A stretch of 64,000 bases of DNA from contig OX597842.1 of assembly GCA_951406725.2 (NCBI GenBank), positions 28,458,001-28,522,000 of the forward strand, in the 5' to 3' direction. The DNA comes from Octopus vulgaris (lineage: Eukaryota). Of the stretch, positions 43,229 to 55,270 are shown piece by piece. Each line of letters opens with the position of its first letter. Within the stretch, counting starts at the first letter, position 1. Under the pieces are notes generated by a model. It saw only the letters and a program-made list of their open reading frames with translations. It was not told the DNA's origin and ran no database searches. The translations under genes and the position numbers were made by a program.

Positions 43229-46200
43229 GCATCTACATGTAGCAGCCTCTGTACTTTCCAGTCGTGTAACAACATGAATTGTATTTAAAATATTGATATT
43301 ACAGAAATTTAATAAAATGTCCAGCAGTGTTGGCTCTGTTGCTAAAATGGTTAAATTAGAAAAAAAAAACAATAGAGTTAATATTGTCTTTTGAATGAAG
43401 GAAGAAAAACATTTTGTTGTTTAATGGTAAACAGGTGAGTTAATGACAGTGTTTGTTTGTTGTACATTTTCAATAAGTTTACTGATTATTGTTGTTGATG
43501 TTCTTGTTGAACAAGATGGTTAAGTTGAAAGCTTACAAGTGTGATCACCCTGTCTTCTTTTTCACTCTTAGTAAATCTATCATTACATCCATTAAACGAT
43601 GTCTTTGTCCAAGTAAGAAGCTTTGGTCTGCTGCTGAGACAATTGCTCTCTCTCTCTCTCTCTTCTCTCTCCTTAAGATGGACACTGGTTGCAAGATACA
43701 AAACAATCGATGTTATTGTCCTCATCATTTACAGTCTGCTCTCCTTGCTTCCATGTAATGGATGGGTGATCACTGTCCAAGTCAGTTCTTATTCAGAGTT
43801 ACTGTCCCCCTTGACTGCTTGAGAAACACATCTCCCTTAAACATTCCACCTTTTCTATGGTGGGATGCCCTCCCCAACACCAACCACTTCATAAAGAGTC
43901 CTGAGTACATTTTAATGTGGCACAAGCACTAGAAAGATTTTCATGTGTCCAACATTGAAACTGGAATAGCTGTAGGTTGCACACAATCAGTCACTTGGTT
44001 TGTGCTTGTTATGGGGATCGGCAGATTTATGAGAAGAAATTACTCAGGCGAAATCACCTCAGAAGACATTCATGGATGACATAAAAATGCTAACAAGAGA
44101 TCCAAAGTATATGCAATCAGTCCTAGATAGATTGGATGGACTAATTAATTGCTCAAGAATGCTGTTTGAAACAAATAATGAATGCATTCTGACATTTGTG
44201 AAAGGTCAACAGAAGCAAGTGAAGTTCAAAATAGCAGGAGAAACGATGCGAAAGGTTAAAGAGTAACTTGTAAAACGTTTTGGACTGTGGTAGACGATCT
44301 CATTGTCCGATAAGAGTAGAGGCATTGATGTCATTGAAGAAACCGAGGATGGGCAATAAGCATTTGCCAAGTCAAAACTTCTGGGCAAAAACAAGATTTG
44401 GTGCTTGAAGTTTGATCTATATCACCATCTTGATAATATATTCTTAAATATCACTTCTTTTGTACCATTTCAGATGTTTTTCCTTTGCGATAATCTGTGT
44501 ATGAACATTTGCATGTTGTTAAAGATGTTTTGTGCAAGTATACAGTGTTTTAGGATACTTGCTATCACTTTCTGTTTCACCTGTGTAGAACTAATCATTG
44601 CTCATCAGGAAAGAAAAGCATTTCATTAAGGAGTCCTTAAATATTTCCTGAATCAGATGAAATTCTGGTGAACTGTGAGTTGCATAGTTTAAAATTAAAG
44701 ATTAAAAGCAGCAACGTTTGACAAAGATAACAGGTGTGACATGAGTTTGTGTCAAGGTCGTTGATGACCAGCTTGGTTGACATCAGAATTAAGCAAAAGA
44801 TGAGGGGAATGTTGATTAAGTGAAGTCCAGTGGTGAGGGGACAATGCCATGTCATAGGTTTAGCATGGATATAAGAGAGAAGAAAGATAAAAGGTGTTAA
44901 CATGTGATCATTAAATAAGATGATTGCAACATTGTTAGATTAAGTAGGATGTCTTAATAGAAAAAGGAGGCTTAGGAAGGTCAGTCTATTTTGTTATGGA
45001 CCTAAATATTGAGCCATTATATAGGACCACTGTAGGAAGTATAAAAGTGTCAACCAAACCTATAGTGGTCAGAAGTTGTCCATTGATGATAGGAATGTCT
45101 TACAATAATAAAATATAAACCATTAACAGAGATCGGGAAATTGTGCTATGAAGTGTAAAATTTGGAAATATTTATTTCAGAGTCTGTAATGGTAGAGGAG
45201 AAGCATCTTCATAGGGTGTCCCAAAAGTTGGCAGGTAAATGGATGGAACTTGGTGAGTATAAAATACCCAATTAATTTCTATAAATTTTACTTTCAGCTA
45301 AACTTTTGTTTGTTTGAATGACTGAGAACCGGTTCCATTCCTAATTTCCAATTGAAAGTTTAGCTATAAAGTAAAGCTATCACTGAAATTTCATAAAATA
45401 TCTACAGACGTCAGCACGGTTGTAAAATGTATAAATTAGAAGGTCCAGTAGAGTTAATACTATCGTTTGTAAAAGGGGACTCAAAAATATTGTTGTTTAA
45501 GAGTAAACAGGTGAATTAATGACAATGTTTTTGCTTGTTTACACTTTTAGTAAGTTTACTAGTAGAGTGTTGTTGTTGATGTTTATTTCGGCAGATATCT
45601 GCCTTAATCTGGCAGAATTAAGGGGAAAGGGTTCCAGATGTGCCATCGCTCTTTCTCTTGGGTGAAGAGGACCACATTATCAAATGTAACCTTTTTAAAA
45701 TGAGAGTGTGCATTGTGTGGGACATGTTGTCATCTCTCCCCTGGCCAGTCTGTTTTTCTATATTTATTGTAATTCTTTAGTCCCAGGTCAACATATATTT
45801 CCTGTCTCTATAGAAGACAGGCCCCATTGTTGATTGTGTTCATGGCTGGATTGAACTCAGCATTGTAAGTTAATGAAACACTCATTTATATTAGAAAAAA
45901 AAGAATCTCAACAGAAAATTCAAACTCAACTTGATCTTGTTTCTCAATTGAAATCATTTCACTCTCCTTTACATTACAAATGTCACGTGGAAAGGCATGA
46001 ACATCACAATATCCCATTTCCCCTTCTCCGACAGTTTAACACAACATAAAATATCATTTATACAATGCTCCTATTATTTACAGCAATGTCTTCTACCTCC
46101 CTATGGTACCTATATACATCTAGATAGAGTGAAGCATAGAGAAATGTCTTTACCAGGTACATTGAGCGGTGCTGGGGATTAGATTTGAACCTTTGATCCC

Positions 46201-49138
46201 TGACTCAAGGGATCATGACAATATCCCCTGAGTCAGCTGATAGAAACCATCATCATCATCATTTGACGTCTGTTTTCCATGCTGGCATGGGTTGGACTGT
46301 TTGACTGAGGTCTGGAGAGCCAGTGGCTGCACCAGGCTCCAATCTGATCTGGCAGAGTTTCTACAGCTGGATGCCCTTCCTAATGCCAGCCACTCCGAGA
46401 GTGTAGTGGCTGCTTTTTATGTGTCACCAGTACAGGAGCCAGTCAGGTGGACCTAGCATCAGTCATGTTCGGATGGCCTTTTTACGTGCCACCAACACAA
46501 GGAGTCAGTCAGATGACACTGGCATCGACTACATTCGGATGATGGCTTTTATGTGCCACCAGAACGGGGGCTAGTCATGGGGCACTGGCCACAGCTGCAA
46601 TTTTGGTTTTACTTGACTCAACAGGTCTTCTCAAGCATATCATGTCACCCGATGCATTAAGGATACTCTTAAATGGGCCGGACATGCAACACTGGCATCG
46701 GCCATGGCTGCGATCTCCCTTTAGTTGCTGGGTCTTCTCAATCACAGCATATTTCCAAAGGTCTCGGTCTCCAGCCATTGCCTCTGTGAGGCCCAATGTT
46801 CAAAGGCCATGCTTCACCATCTCATTCCATGTCTTCCTGGGTCTACCTCTTCCACAGCTTCGTTCTACAGTTAGGGAGTGGCACTTCCTCACACAGTTGT
46901 CCTCATCCATACGTAACACGTGACCATACCAGCGTAGTCGTCTCTCTTGCACACCACATTTGATGCTTCTCATGTCCAACTTTCCTCTCAGGGTGTTTAC
47001 ACTGTGTCGTGTATGCACACAGACATTCCACATCCAGCGGATCATACTACCTTCATTTCTGTCAAGCCTACGCATGTCCTCAGCAGTCATGGCCCATGTT
47101 TCACTGCCATGTAGCATGGCAGTTCACACTCAGAAATGATTTATCTAATTTAAGAAAGGACATCATCTACAACATTGCCAGCTTGCTATACCTCTGGGTG
47201 TCATACAAAATATACCAGTCATATACTGGGATAAAATGAATCCACTAACACCAGGTCCATTATCATCATCACCTTACATCCATTTTTCTAAGTTTGTAAT
47301 GGTCAGACGACTTCTCCCAGAGTTGTTGTGGTCCTTTGTCCAGTTTGATCGCTTGTTTCTTTCCACTTGAATTCCAGGCACTTCTTTACCCAGATTTCAT
47401 CTGCCATGTCCCTTCTATATCTATACCATTATCTTTTTTCTTGTACACTATCACAGATTCTTCTGAGATCCAGTTATTTGGCTCCAAGTTTTCAACACAT
47501 TAACATTACACTTCTAGTGATGTCTGCTCACCTCATTTCCTGGCAGTTTCCATTGCATCTTTCACATTCTACGTAACATTGCATGAGGTGTATTTGTAAA
47601 GTGCAATCTCTCCCTCATATGGAGACAGAATCCCTTAGTTGCCAGTAGACATAACAACTCCCTGTACATTTTTCATCTCGTTTTCCTTCTAACTACTGTG
47701 CTTTCAGAATAGTTTCCTCTACTTCTAATTCTGTCCTTTAGGTAACAGAAACTATCAACTATGTCTTTCATACTTGTTCCTATGAACTATTCCTGTATAT
47801 TTGCCACATACAAAGTCCTTCCTCAGCCCTAACCTTAACCTGCCCTCCCTGTAAACTTGCTTGTTTGTGAATGCAGTGATTCTATCAGGACCCGAGTGTT
47901 GTAGGTGTATGGTGTAGATGTTGGTAAAACTCTTCTCATTGCTTTGTTTACTCTAGGGCCTCTCCTGTATTAGATTCTTTGAAATTGTGGCCTTGATCCA
48001 ATGAAAGAAGTTCTTGTTATAAGTCATGAATCCAAAAACCTTAAGCCAGTGCCCTCTATAATATGTGATATTTACCTAACAGTATTATATTTTTACTTTG
48101 GGGTGGTTGAAATCATTCAGGTACACAATCCCCACTTTTGAGATATTTCTGAATGTTGATAATTTTTAAATATTTATTAATCATAGGTGGAAAGACATCG
48201 CAAATGACTATTTCAGGCATTGATCACAGGACGTTATCAAACGACTGAGATTGTATTCCTCCAAAGAGTCTCTGGAGTAACGTTACTCAACAAGGTGTGC
48301 AGGCTGGAGATTTGGGGTCTCTCCAGGTCAAGTGACTGCTTCTCTGCATTGAGAATTCACAGCTCAGTAATCCTGGCATGTGATTAAAATATCACAGGAA
48401 AGAACCACAAGAGGGATTCTTCAAGCTGAGCCAACCGACAGGAGACCTAGGGGTAGAGCAAGAATGAAATGGTTGGATGATATCCATAGTTTCAATTGGC
48501 CATGCTTGGAAATCCTTTCAGAAATTCTAATGAAGGTTGCCTCTGATAGGATCATATGAAGGAGGTGCCTGAAGACTCTACCCCTACAACCCTCCTATGA
48601 ATAGAGGGCAGAGAAAATGGACGGATGGATGAAATTATCTGTTGGTGGTCTTTGTCAATTCTTTAGGCTCTCATACACTGCTACCCACACAAACACTTCT
48701 CCTGCCAGTTGTTCACCAGACATTTTCTCATGTGTAATTTTCAATTCTTTAAAATATTCTTCTCCTTCTCCAGCCTTTATTTCAAATTGTTTGATATTTT
48801 TGTCAACATCTTTAGAAATAGATAACAATGTCTTCTAATTTCCCTGTTTCTTAAGTATTTCTCATTCTTCTATTCACATAATTTCTTTGTCCTAATTAAT
48901 ACAGCCTACAGTACACAGGTTTTATATTATCGTTAATGCTGTTGCAATTATTTCTTATTTCTTTTGCAGGAAGGGAATTAGGAATTCCACAAAATGACAT
49001 GGACAACATCAGGCAGGACTATCCTCTTGACGTTGTGGAACAAGGCTTCCAGATGCTGCTCAAATGGCAGCGAGTAATGATCCAGAGAAACGTACACTTC
49101 AAATATTAAAAGAAGCTCTTGAAAGAACTGAATGTTAG
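15106..49138 (+). CDS. 17-exon gene: ankyrin repeats + Mind-bomb-like RING + micro-exon repeat linker + death domain (~800 aa; frame discrepancies, possibly a young pseudogene)
   Basis: Exons with canonical AG/GT ends: 15106-15188, 19191-19342, 22592-22748, 23201-23763, 28031-28187, 28638-28894, 31194-31230, 33873-34082, 35849-36028, 40771-40910, 42169-42219, 42335-42370, 42486-42521, 42637-42687, 42803-42853, 45181-45252, 48970-~49138. Phases match for exons 2-9 and exons 10-17. The last ankyrin ([23 protein letters not shown]) and the RING resemble the C-terminal half of MIB1/MIB2. Confidence 0.85.
15345..15900 (-). mobile_element. Highly degenerate LINE RT fragment
   Basis: [13 protein letters not shown]...SINSGMP on the minus strand. 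Confidence 0.6.
17400..17760 (-). mobile_element. CR1-like 3' remnant
   Basis: [17 protein letters not shown]; related to 51460-51895. Confidence 0.6.
17915..18160 (-). mobile_element. 3' end of a second RTE-type LINE family with two C-terminal C2H2-like fingers
   Basis: [21 protein letters not shown] and [22 protein letters not shown]. Its 3' UTR (ccccctcgttatcgagtatggccattg on +) is shared with 18430-18480. Confidence 0.7.
18410..18853 (-). mobile_element. Short non-autonomous element sharing that LINE 3' end, embedded in (TACA)n
   Basis: Shared tail; (atac)n tracts on both sides. Confidence 0.55.
19191..19342 (+). CDS. Exon 2, ankyrin repeats ([19 protein letters not shown]...[13 protein letters not shown])
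   Basis: ttcag acceptor, gtaagg donor, phase 0-2, TALH ankyrin motif. Confidence 0.92.
20390..20906. mobile_element. MITE with terminal inverted repeats, TA-flanked
   Basis: taggttaaaatctagtgtttg...gagacgactcggaaaattca versus tgaattttccgagtcgtctc...caaacactggagtttaactta. Confidence 0.78.
21715..22450. mobile_element. MITE with long TIRs (second copy at 27152-27887 inside the duplication)
   Basis: tgtataggcatacctacacaactgggcccc... versus ...ggggcacatttgtgtaggtttgcctctaca. Confidence 0.8.
22592..22748 (+). CDS. Exon 3, ankyrin repeat ([34 protein letters not shown]...NNLQ)
   Basis: ttcag/gtcagc sites, 157 nt, phase 2-0, GNTPLH motif. Confidence 0.93.
23201..23763 (+). CDS. Exon 4, 5.5 tandem 34-aa ankyrin repeats (102-nt units)
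   Basis: tttag/gtaagt sites, 563 nt, phase 0-2, repeated TALHx[22 protein letters not shown]. Confidence 0.95.
24619..26633 (+). repeat. ~100-bp minisatellite, ~20 units: invariant ~70-bp core + variable (GA)n(GT)n
   Basis: Core cgtttgtatgtgtgtgtacgcttatatattaattactatgtgcttgtgcaaatgtatatgcatgtgtttg. Confidence 0.97.
28031..28187 (+). CDS. Exon 5, duplicate of exon 3
   Basis: 157 nt, same splice context, 10 nt differences from exon 3. Confidence 0.93.
28638..28894 (+). CDS. Exon 6, duplicate of exon 4 with three fewer ankyrin repeats
   Basis: 257 nt = 563 - 3x102, phase 0-2, tttag/gtaagt sites. Confidence 0.93.
30040..31090. repeat. Compound (TA)n(TATG)n(TG)n microsatellite
   Basis: Direct reading. 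Confidence 0.97.
31194..31230 (+). CDS. Exon 7, 37-nt ankyrin second helix ([13 protein letters not shown])
   Basis: Long pyrimidine tract plus cag, gttagt donor. Phase 2-0 bridges exons 6 and 8 exactly. Confidence 0.85.
32090..33172 (+). mobile_element. Degenerate RTE LINE, AP-endonuclease and linker region
   Basis: [37 protein letters not shown]...KKFANVL...VVGEKCV, with stops and frameshifts. Confidence 0.88.
33873..34082 (+). CDS. Exon 8, ankyrin repeats ([20 protein letters not shown]...[14 protein letters not shown]...LDE)
   Basis: aag acceptor, gtaagt donor, 210 nt, phase 0-0. Confidence 0.92.
35849..36028 (+). CDS. Exon 9, MIB-like terminal ankyrin ([36 protein letters not shown])
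   Basis: tgtag/gtaagt sites, 180 nt open frame. Ends in phase 0 whereas exon 10 needs phase 2. Confidence 0.88.
36478..36735 (-). mobile_element. RTE-tail-related short element (similar pieces at 20054-20290 -, 34115-34265 +, 56101-56240 -)
   Basis: (cat)n + taacgtccgtttccat...gcatg...gttggatgg...ctggatg.ccttcc matches the RTE 3' end. Confidence 0.8.
38400..40060 (-). mobile_element. Highly degenerate CR1/L2-group LINE
   Basis: [26 protein letters not shown] and a DFNYP endonuclease remnant. Confidence 0.65.
40771..40910 (+). CDS. Exon 10, C3HC4 RING finger (CMLC...[12 protein letters not shown]...RCPKC)
   Basis: ccacag/gtaaga sites, all eight Zn ligands present, spacing typical of MIB/IAP-type RING-HC. 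Confidence 0.93.
42169..42853 (+). CDS. Exons 11-15, five phase 1-1 micro-exons (51, 36, 36, 51, 51 nt) separated by four near-identical 115-nt introns
   Basis: Each is flanked by ttatttcag and G|gtgagtataaaat. Peptides: [29 protein letters not shown] x2, [17 protein letters not shown] x2; no stops. Confidence 0.85.
43990..44420 (+). mobile_element. Degenerate non-LTR RT fragment (RLE-type clade)
   Basis: FMDDIKML...[15 protein letters not shown]...FKIAGETM...VKRFGLW, with stops. Confidence 0.6.
45181..45252 (+). CDS. Exon 16, N-terminal part of death domain ([25 protein letters not shown])
   Basis: tttcag/gtgagt sites, 72 nt, phase 1-1, L..V...L...W.EL pattern of death-domain helices 1-2. 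Confidence 0.85.
46248..47122 (-). mobile_element. RTE LINE 3' fragment with tail
   Basis: LHGSETWA...RRLRWYGHV...GRGRPRKTW, 3' UTR and (cat)n at 46248. Confidence 0.93.
47260..47900 (-). mobile_element. Older degenerate RTE fragment
   Basis: Decayed similarity to VVDSFRYLG through the 3' end, with a (cat)n tail. Confidence 0.55.
48190..48632 (+). mobile_element. Degenerate LINE 3' end with (GGAT)n tail
   Basis: [11 protein letters not shown]...[13 protein letters not shown] remnant. Confidence 0.55.
48970..49138 (+). CDS. Exon 17, remainder of death domain ([32 protein letters not shown] / [21 protein letters not shown]), frameshifted near 49072
   Basis: ttgcag acceptor and LG...I..D.P....EQ..QML.KW motif. 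The T...L..AL helix is in a shifted frame; the unshifted frame stops at TAA 49107-49109. Confidence 0.85.
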
Positions 49139-49350
49139 ATGCACTGAATGTTTATCATCAGAATTCAATTGAATTTCTTTGTAAATTGTTGTTGTTGCTT
49201 AGTCGCAAGTCTATCTTCACCACAGACCTATTATCAAATGCCTTCCATCCAGGACCATCCTGTCTTTTTCATAAGTATAGAGAACGTAGAACCACATTGT
49301 TTAATGTGTCCTTCTATAAGGTGATAAGTTATGAATGGAGTAGGATTTGG

Positions 49351-50368
49351 GGATCTTTACCTTTTGACCGGCAGATTTAGAAAATAATTTTTTTGGAACT
49401 AAACACTTTCAAACTTCGTATTCTGGTAGAATGTGTCGTATAAAACATCTTTTACTCTTAGCGTTTTTGAGAAAAGTTTATATTTACAAAGTTATTTCGT
49501 GTTAAATTTGTCGTATTTCGGTAATTTCAACCAATCAATGGCGTGTATTCATCTGAATAAAATTACTGCCGTTGTTTGTCAACAACAACTTCTGGCGGTG
49601 TATATTTCGTTTGTCACTGTTATTTATGACATATTTCATCTCAGTTATGTTTGTATGAAAAACGAGTCTATCTGAAACATGTTTACTTCATGGCACCACC
49701 AGAATCGTTCGTGCATTTCTACTGGTTTTAGTTATGTTTTTTCCTGTTTTTCAGCTACTATTTTCGCTAAGACTTTTTTAACCCTAACCCTAACACCTTA
49801 GCCCTGACACTAAAACCCTAGCCCTAACACTAAAACCTTAACTCTAACCCTAAAACCCTAACCCTAACACCTTAGCCCTGACACTAAAACCCTAGCCCTA
49901 ACACTAAAACCTTAACTCTAACCCTAAAACCCTAACCCTAACACCTTAGCCCTGACACTAAAACCTAGCCCTAACACTAAAACCTTAACTCTAACCCTAA
50001 CCCTAACACCTTAAAGCTAAAACCAGTACAAACGCACGAACGATGTCATAAATAACAACAACAAACGAAATATATACCACCAGTTGTTGTTGACAAACAT
50101 CATCATCATCATCATCCTTTAACGTCCGCTTTGCATGCTAGCATGGGTTAGCAGTAATTTTATTCAGCTGAATACACATCATTGATTGGTTGAAATTACT
50201 GAAATACGACAAATTTAACACGAAATAACTTTGTAAATATAAACTTTTCTCAAAAACGCTAAGAGTAAAAGATGTTTTATACGACACATTCTACCAGAAT
50301 ACGAAGTTTGAAAGTGTTTAGTTCCAAAAAATTATTTCCTAAATCTGCCGGTCGAAAGGTAAAGATCC
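49351..50368. mobile_element. Non-autonomous DNA transposon with ~300-bp TIRs and perfect 8-bp TSD (GGATTTGG)
   Basis: GGATCTTTACC...GGTAAAGATCC termini; TSD at 49343-49350 and 50369-50376. A diverged arm fragment lies at ~13250-13410. Confidence 0.92.
49779..50012 (+). repeat. Telomere-like (TAACCC)-derived repeat, ~68-bp higher-order unit x3
   Basis: taaccctaaccctaacaccttagccctgacactaaaaccctagcc... repeated. Confidence 0.9.
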
Positions 50369-51457
50369 GGATTTGGTTACTAATTCTAGCAGATCTCTCT
50401 ACCACCTGTAGACCCCTTTACTGGTTTGGTTCCCTCATTGTTCTAGATAAGCTGTGGAAATAAAGACAAACTTTGAAATTTCATTTGTTGTTGTTGTAAG
50501 TCCCAGCATCTCCCTAAACACTTCCATTGTTATAGAGACAGTTTAAATATCCTGTGGAATTTTTCAAAAACGAAAGTTGTAAATTCCATTTTGTGAAACT
50601 TACTTAAAATGCACATTTTGTTTTCAAGTAGAACCTCCTTGTGGACACAATTGTCAGTCAATATACAGTTTCTATTTGTCTCAGCCAATATTTTTACATT
50701 AGCCTTCATCCAAAATCTAGAAAAGGAAACTTACAGCTGACCACGGGAGAAGAATTGCGTTGGAAGATATATTCTGCTTGGTTTAAATGTCTGTCCCTGT
50801 GCCTTGCTGCATGTCAAGGCAGAGACTGGTTCCACAGGAAATTGTTTATGTGGTAACTGTGAATGGGAACTCCAGTCATTGAGACCCATGCGGAATCCTT
50901 GAGATTACCAGCATTGATCCTGCAGAAGGACCACAAGCAACCTCAGCCACAATAATAAGATCGTGCAAGCAGATAATAACGTAGCCTGTGTCATTGCAAT
51001 GGCCTTGTTTAACATCTAAATTCTTGGAAAACCTAATGCAGCCTCTTGTCTTTGAGGTGAGGATATGTCCATGGAAAACCTGATGGTAGGAGTTTGTTGA
51101 TGAATTTGATTAGGTACAGAGCTTCGTTATCAACTGTATCTGAGCTTTCTGTATATCTTTACCTCGCCAGGGATCCTGGTCAACATGAATTCATTCACAA
51201 ATTGTGATATTTCATTTGTTGGAGTAATGGTCTGTTTGCAAGCCACACGGGGTCTGTGAAGTTATTTGCAAGGTCAGCCTCTACAAAATCACTTGGAATT
51301 AAAGACAAAGGTTGTAAGTCAGGTTGATTTTGAATGCACCTAGACTTTGTTCGACAGAAATGTCACTATTTCCTACATCTCTCTTTCATCAGAATGATCT
51401 TTTGTAAAAAGTCTTAGATTGGTTGTCAACTTCACTACTTGTACCAAATCCTCATAT

Positions 51458-51895
51458 AATAATAATAATAATAATGAAATTATTGTATACAGTGCTCAGG
51501 TGCACCACAACTTGTCAGACAGTGCATATAAAGTATATGCAGTAATGTACAAATGTCTGGAAAGCGAATAATGTATGAGTCAGATACATGCTTGTGTGTG
51601 TATGGAGGGGAGAAAATCAGGTGTAGTGTTGGCAAATCTCAGAAAGCATGGAAGTTTTCAAGGATGCAGTGCTCCGACAACTAACAACTGATGCCGGCAG
51701 TTTGTTCCATGCTTCAGCAACTCTTAGCGTGAAAAAATGTTTCCTAAAGTCATGGGAGCTGTGCTGTTTTCTGACTTTGTAAACATGTCCACAGGTGGAG
51801 TTTGAAAAGGTGCTCAGAGTTATTGTTTGTAAGATGGTTAATAATTTTAGGGGTGTCTGCCAAGTCAGCTGCCAGACGTCGGAGTTTCAATGTGT
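51458..51895 (-). mobile_element. CR1-like LINE 3' end with (ATT)n tail (second copy at 55562-55862)
   Basis: FFTLRVAEAWNKLPASVVSC on the minus strand; the two copies are highly similar. Confidence 0.85.
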
Positions 51896-52267
51896 GTATT
51901 TGAATTTTTCTTGTTATATATCACATTTAAACACACATTTTTATTCTGATGTTTAATCTTATATCTCACATTCTGTATTTCTCATATACTTGATTTTACA
52001 TGATTGATGTATATATACTAATTCATATTTATAATGTATAATTAATAAATTTTAATTCTTAATATTTCAAAGTATCATTTTTCTTCTTAATTTTTAATCT
52101 TTTATGCTTAATTGTATTGCGTATTTTTAAAGGGATGTAAAATTAGATATATAATATTTTCAAATAGAACCTGAAGATGTGTTGGAATAATTGTAAATCT
52201 GACAATTGCATATATGTATTTATATATGTATATATATGGGTATACAGTTGTGTATATGTATGTATAT

Positions 52268-54495
<2,228 letters not shown>

Positions 54496-54944
54496 AAATG
54501 ATACAGAAACAGTAGAAGATATAGGAAAGATTTGAAAAGCAGAGATTCAACAACAGAAAATATAACTACATTTTCATAATGATAAACTGTGGATATAAAC
54601 TTTTACCCCAATAATTAGTCTTTAAAACTTATTTTGTGATTAAAATTATATTATACAACCCTGTGTAATGTCCACATATGCACAGCCTTCAGCTCGTCCA
54701 CCTTCAAGTATTATGTAAAATGCTAAACTACAAAATACTGGACAATAACATTCTACTGTCTTAGGAAACATGATAAGTCACTGTTGTTTAGCCCTAGGTC
54801 ACCCCTCACTGAGTAGATCCATTCAGGAAATTAGTGTTCACGAGTGTCATGACCTTTAGAACAGATCAAACATAAACATCACTATAATTTAGTCACTAAC
54901 CACAATACAGACACACACACACACACACACACACATACTGGGCT

Positions 54945-55270
54945 GCCCCTGTGAGACCCTCTATGCTGATCATCTTACACCTGAATCAATACCAGCAAGA
55001 GAAAAGAAATTTCAGGTGTGTAAACAGGGTCTGCAATTAGTGGGCCTTAGAGTTAATTTAACAGAGACCAAAGTCTCAGTAAGTTAGTAAGCAGAGAAAT
55101 CTTACAGGGAAATGGCCCTGCTAGGAATATGCAGGAACTCGATAAGGTGTAGCCAGTGCAAGTTATGGATACATAAGATGTGCAGCAATATTAGAGGAAC
55201 GTCAACACGAAAAGTAGGAGATGTACATGTGCAATAAATACAAGGAAATAGATGCTGTGAAATGTGGAGT
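54945..55270 (+). mobile_element. Degenerate RTE fragment
   Basis: GCPCETLYADH...RCSQCKLWIHKMCS. Confidence 0.75.

Larger units (their letters stand above)
41405..45585 (+). repeat. Old diverged duplication: ~41405-43500 versus ~44460-45585
   Basis: Shared blocks such as taggatgtcttaatagaaa, tagtggtca, ctatgaagt.taaaa.tt.gaaat..ttatttcag, gtgagtataaaata, gaatgactgagaac.ggttccatt and gtaaacaggtga.ttaatgaca. Confidence 0.85.

Noticed and set aside
43305-43349. Possible sixth 45-nt phase 1-1 micro-exon
   Set aside because: Immediate in-frame TAA (GAA ATT TAA) and weak donor gttaaa; at best a decayed exon or alternative terminator.
49779-50012. True telomere or chromosome-fusion site
   Set aside because: Short, degenerate and enclosed within a TIR element that has a TSD.
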